64,000 bases of DNA from positions 9,096-73,095 of the forward strand of contig JBAYHH010000002.1 of assembly GCA_041666265.1 (NCBI GenBank), in the 5' to 3' direction. Shown piece after piece: positions 61,777 to 64,000 of the stretch. The position numbers were made by a program, and so were the translations under genes. Positions within the stretch are counted from its first letter, which is position 1; every line of letters begins with the position of its first letter. The notes beneath the pieces were generated by a model, which saw nothing but the letters and a program-made list of their open reading frames with translations, did not search any database and was not told where the DNA came from. This DNA is from Candidatus Magasanikiibacteriota bacterium (lineage in GTDB: Bacteria; Patescibacteriota; Patescibacteriia; Magasanikbacterales; GWA2-37-8).

Positions 61777-64000
61777 TTACAAATACTTCCCCGTCCAACT
61801 TTTCTTGCATTTCTTGATCACCCCGGGCACGCCCTCGGCAATGATCTCGCCACCGTGTTTGCCTCCATCCGGACCAAGATCGATCACCCAATCGGCACAG
61901 CGAATGACATCGGTATTATGTTCGATAATCAAAACTGAATTGCCTTTTTCCACCAAGCGGTTCAAGACACCGAGTAGTCGCTTGATATCCTCGAAATGCA
62001 AACCGGTGGTCGGTTCGTCCAAAATATACAAAGTGTTGCCGGTGGATGGGCGCGCGAGCTCGGTCGCGAGCTTGATGCGCTGGGCCTCACCGCCCGAGAG
62101 CGTGGTCGCGGGTTGGCCAAGCTGGACATAGCCGAGTCCCACCTCGCGCAAAACTTGCAATTTTTCCGCGAGCGACGGTATGCCCGCAAAAAACAAACAG
62201 GCTTCTTCGGCAGTCATCGCCAAAACCTCGGCGATATTTTTACCGCGATAATGAATCTCCAAAGCATCCTGGTTGTAACGCGTGCCATTGCATTCGGCAC
62301 ACTCCATATATACATCAGCGAGAAATTGCATCGGAATGCGGATATATCCCTCGCCGGCGCACGCTTCGCACCGACCGCCGCCTTTGACATTGAAAGAAAA
62401 TTTGCCGGCGTCAAACACGCGCATCTTGGCTTCGGGCAAAGCCGCGAATAGATCGCGAATCAAAGTGAAAATGCCGGTATAGGTGGCGGGATTACTGCGC
62501 GGGGTGCGTCCGATCGGATCTTGATTGACCGCGATCACTTTATCGATATTTTCAAACCCTTTAATACATTTGTGTTCAGCCGGCTCTTCTTTGGAACGAT
62601 AAAAATGCTTATTGAGCGCCTTGCCTAAAATGTCGATAATCAGAGACGACTTGCCCGAACCGGATACGCCGGTAATGCACACCAATTTTTGAAGCGGAAT
62701 ATCGACATCGACATTTTTCAGATTAAACGCCTTGGCGCCAAGGATTGACAACGCGAGATTTTTCTTGGCCGGTGACTTGGATTTTTTGGGATCGGCTGTA
62801 TTTTTACCTTCGCGTTCGATGCGCGCCACACCGGACAAATATTGGCCGGTCAAAGAATTTTTTACTTTTTTAATATCAGCGACTGTGCCCTCGGCCACGA
62901 TCACACCGCCTTTGGTGCCGGCGCCCGGGCCCACATCGATCACCCAATCAGCCGCTTTCATCATCTCACTATCATGCTCGACGACGATCACCGAATTGCC
63001 GAGATCACGCAAATATTTAAGGGTAGAAATAAGTTTGCTGTTGTCGCGCGGATGGAGGCCGACCGACGGTTCGTCTAAAATATAAATCACGCCAGTCAGA
63101 CCGGACGACAATTGCGTCGCGAGGCGCACGCGCGTCACCTCACCACCGGACAAAGTATTCATCGAACGATCCAGACTCAAATACGACAAGCCGACTTTAT
63201 CGAGATTTTCGAGGCGCGGTAAAGTCTCGCGAATGATCGACTCGGCGAGACCGGGTTTGCCTTTGTTTTTTTCATTTTTATTTTTACCCAAAAGCGCGAG
63301 TAATTCGTCGATGCTTTGACCGGCCAAATCGGCAATGTTATGCCCACCCCATTTGACCGCGAGCGATTCACGGCGCAAGCGTTTACCGTGGCACTGCGGA
63401 CACACTTGCTCGCGCATATACTGCTCGATCTCTTTGCGCACATAATCCGAATCAGTCTTGAGGTGGCGCTCGGCCAAATCAGCGACCACGCCGGCGAATG
63501 TTTGTTGCTTGCCATCCACCAAATAAGTGTCTTTGCCGGTGCCACTTAGTAAAATTTTAATAACTTTTTCGGGAAATTGCGAAACCGGAGTGTCCATCGA
63601 AAAACCATTTTTGAGCGCCACCGCCGTGAGGATCTTTTGGTAGCCATTTTGATTGCCGGTGATGCGCGTCCAAGGCTGAATAGCACCCTCGGCCAAAGTG
63701 AGGCGAGGATTGGGTAAAACCAAACCGGCGTCCACCTCCATCGTCACGCCGAGGCCGGTACAGCGCGGACACGCGCCGTAGGGACTATTAAAAGAAAAAT
63801 TGCGAATGTCGAGCACGGGCATGGTATTACCGCATTCGGAACACAGGCCGACGGTGGAAAAAACAAAGTTAGATCCTTCGCTTCGCTCAGGATGACAATT
63901 AGTGGCGATGGTCACGAGACCATTGCTCAAATCAAGCGCTGTATCCACCATCTTGGCCGGATCTTGTTTTTTGATGTCGGTGATTTTTCCGGTCACCAAA
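61777..64000 (-). CDS. uvrA: Excinuclease ABC subunit A, paralog 2 (5'-truncated by window; has insertion domain)
   Basis: [43 protein letters not shown]. Confidence 0.95.
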   Translation of the reverse strand, partial: LVTGKITDIKKQDPAKMVDTALDLSNGLVTIATNCHPERSEGSNFVFSTVGLCSECGNTMPVLDIRNFSFNSPYGACPRCTGLGVTMEVDAGLVLPNPRLTLAEGAIQPWTRITGNQNGYQKILTAVALKNGFSMDTPVSQFPEKVIKILLSGTGKDTYLVDGKQQTFAGVVADLAERHLKTDSDYVRKEIEQYMREQVCPQCHGKRLRRESLAVKWGGHNIADLAGQSIDELLALLGKNKNEKNKGKPGLAESIIRETLPRLENLDKVGLSYLSLDRSMNTLSGGEVTRVRLATQLSSGLTGVIYILDEPSVGLHPRDNSKLISTLKYLRDLGNSVIVVEHDSEMMKAADWVIDVGPGAGTKGGVIVAEGTVADIKKVKNSLTGQYLSGVARIEREGKNTADPKKSKSPAKKNLALSILGAKAFNLKNVDVDIPLQKLVCITGVSGSGKSSLIIDILGKALNKHFYRSKEEPAEHKCIKGFENIDKVIAVNQDPIGRTPRSNPATYTGIFTLIRDLFAALPEAKMRVFDAGKFSFNVKGGGRCEACAGEGYIRIPMQFLADVYMECAECNGTRYNQDALEIHYRGKNIAEVLAMTAEEACLFFAGIPSLAEKLQVLREVGLGYVQLGQPATTLSGGEAQRIKLATELARPSTGNTLYILDEPTTGLHFEDIKRLLGVLNRLVEKGNSVLIIEHNTDVIRCADWVIDLGPDGGKHGGEIIAEGVPGVIKKCKKSWTGKYL
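63871..63897. repeat. Minimal 27-bp REP-like unit in frame in uvrA2
   Basis: AGATCCTTCGCTTCGCTCAGGATGACA; peptide CHPERSEGS. Confidence 0.9.

Overview
Chromosomal window of a Patescibacteria (CPR) bacterium, probably ABY1/Magasanikbacteria-like. This is inferred from gene content and order, a VirB6-like membrane protein, a giant Cys-rich surface protein and tRNA-Ile(UAU). Genetic code 11. It is mostly housekeeping: rsmA, uvrA x2, uvrB, uvrC, yidC, nusA, comEC, leuS, mutM, prfB, groSL, trmD, tsf, rpsB, rpmE, prfA, prmC, rplY, gmk, rplS. There are also two very large surface proteins and a low-GC two-gene envelope-modification insert with a poly-C frameshift. The most striking signal is several families of short palindromic or periodic DNA elements inserted IN FRAME in conserved genes. 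At least 12 GTCAT-type REP-like insertions lie in 7 genes. There are also 7-bp-period AT-rich repeats, small GC hairpin modules nested inside the other elements, and a covarying multi-stem element present in three copies. Other notable items: an apparently transcribed non-canonical 8/4 tRNA-like RNA, an alpha/beta-hydrolase domain inside LeuRS, a GPS/ZU5-like HF|T motif in a surface protein, and a symmetric CIRCE variant. All calls are by eye; no database search or folding program was run.
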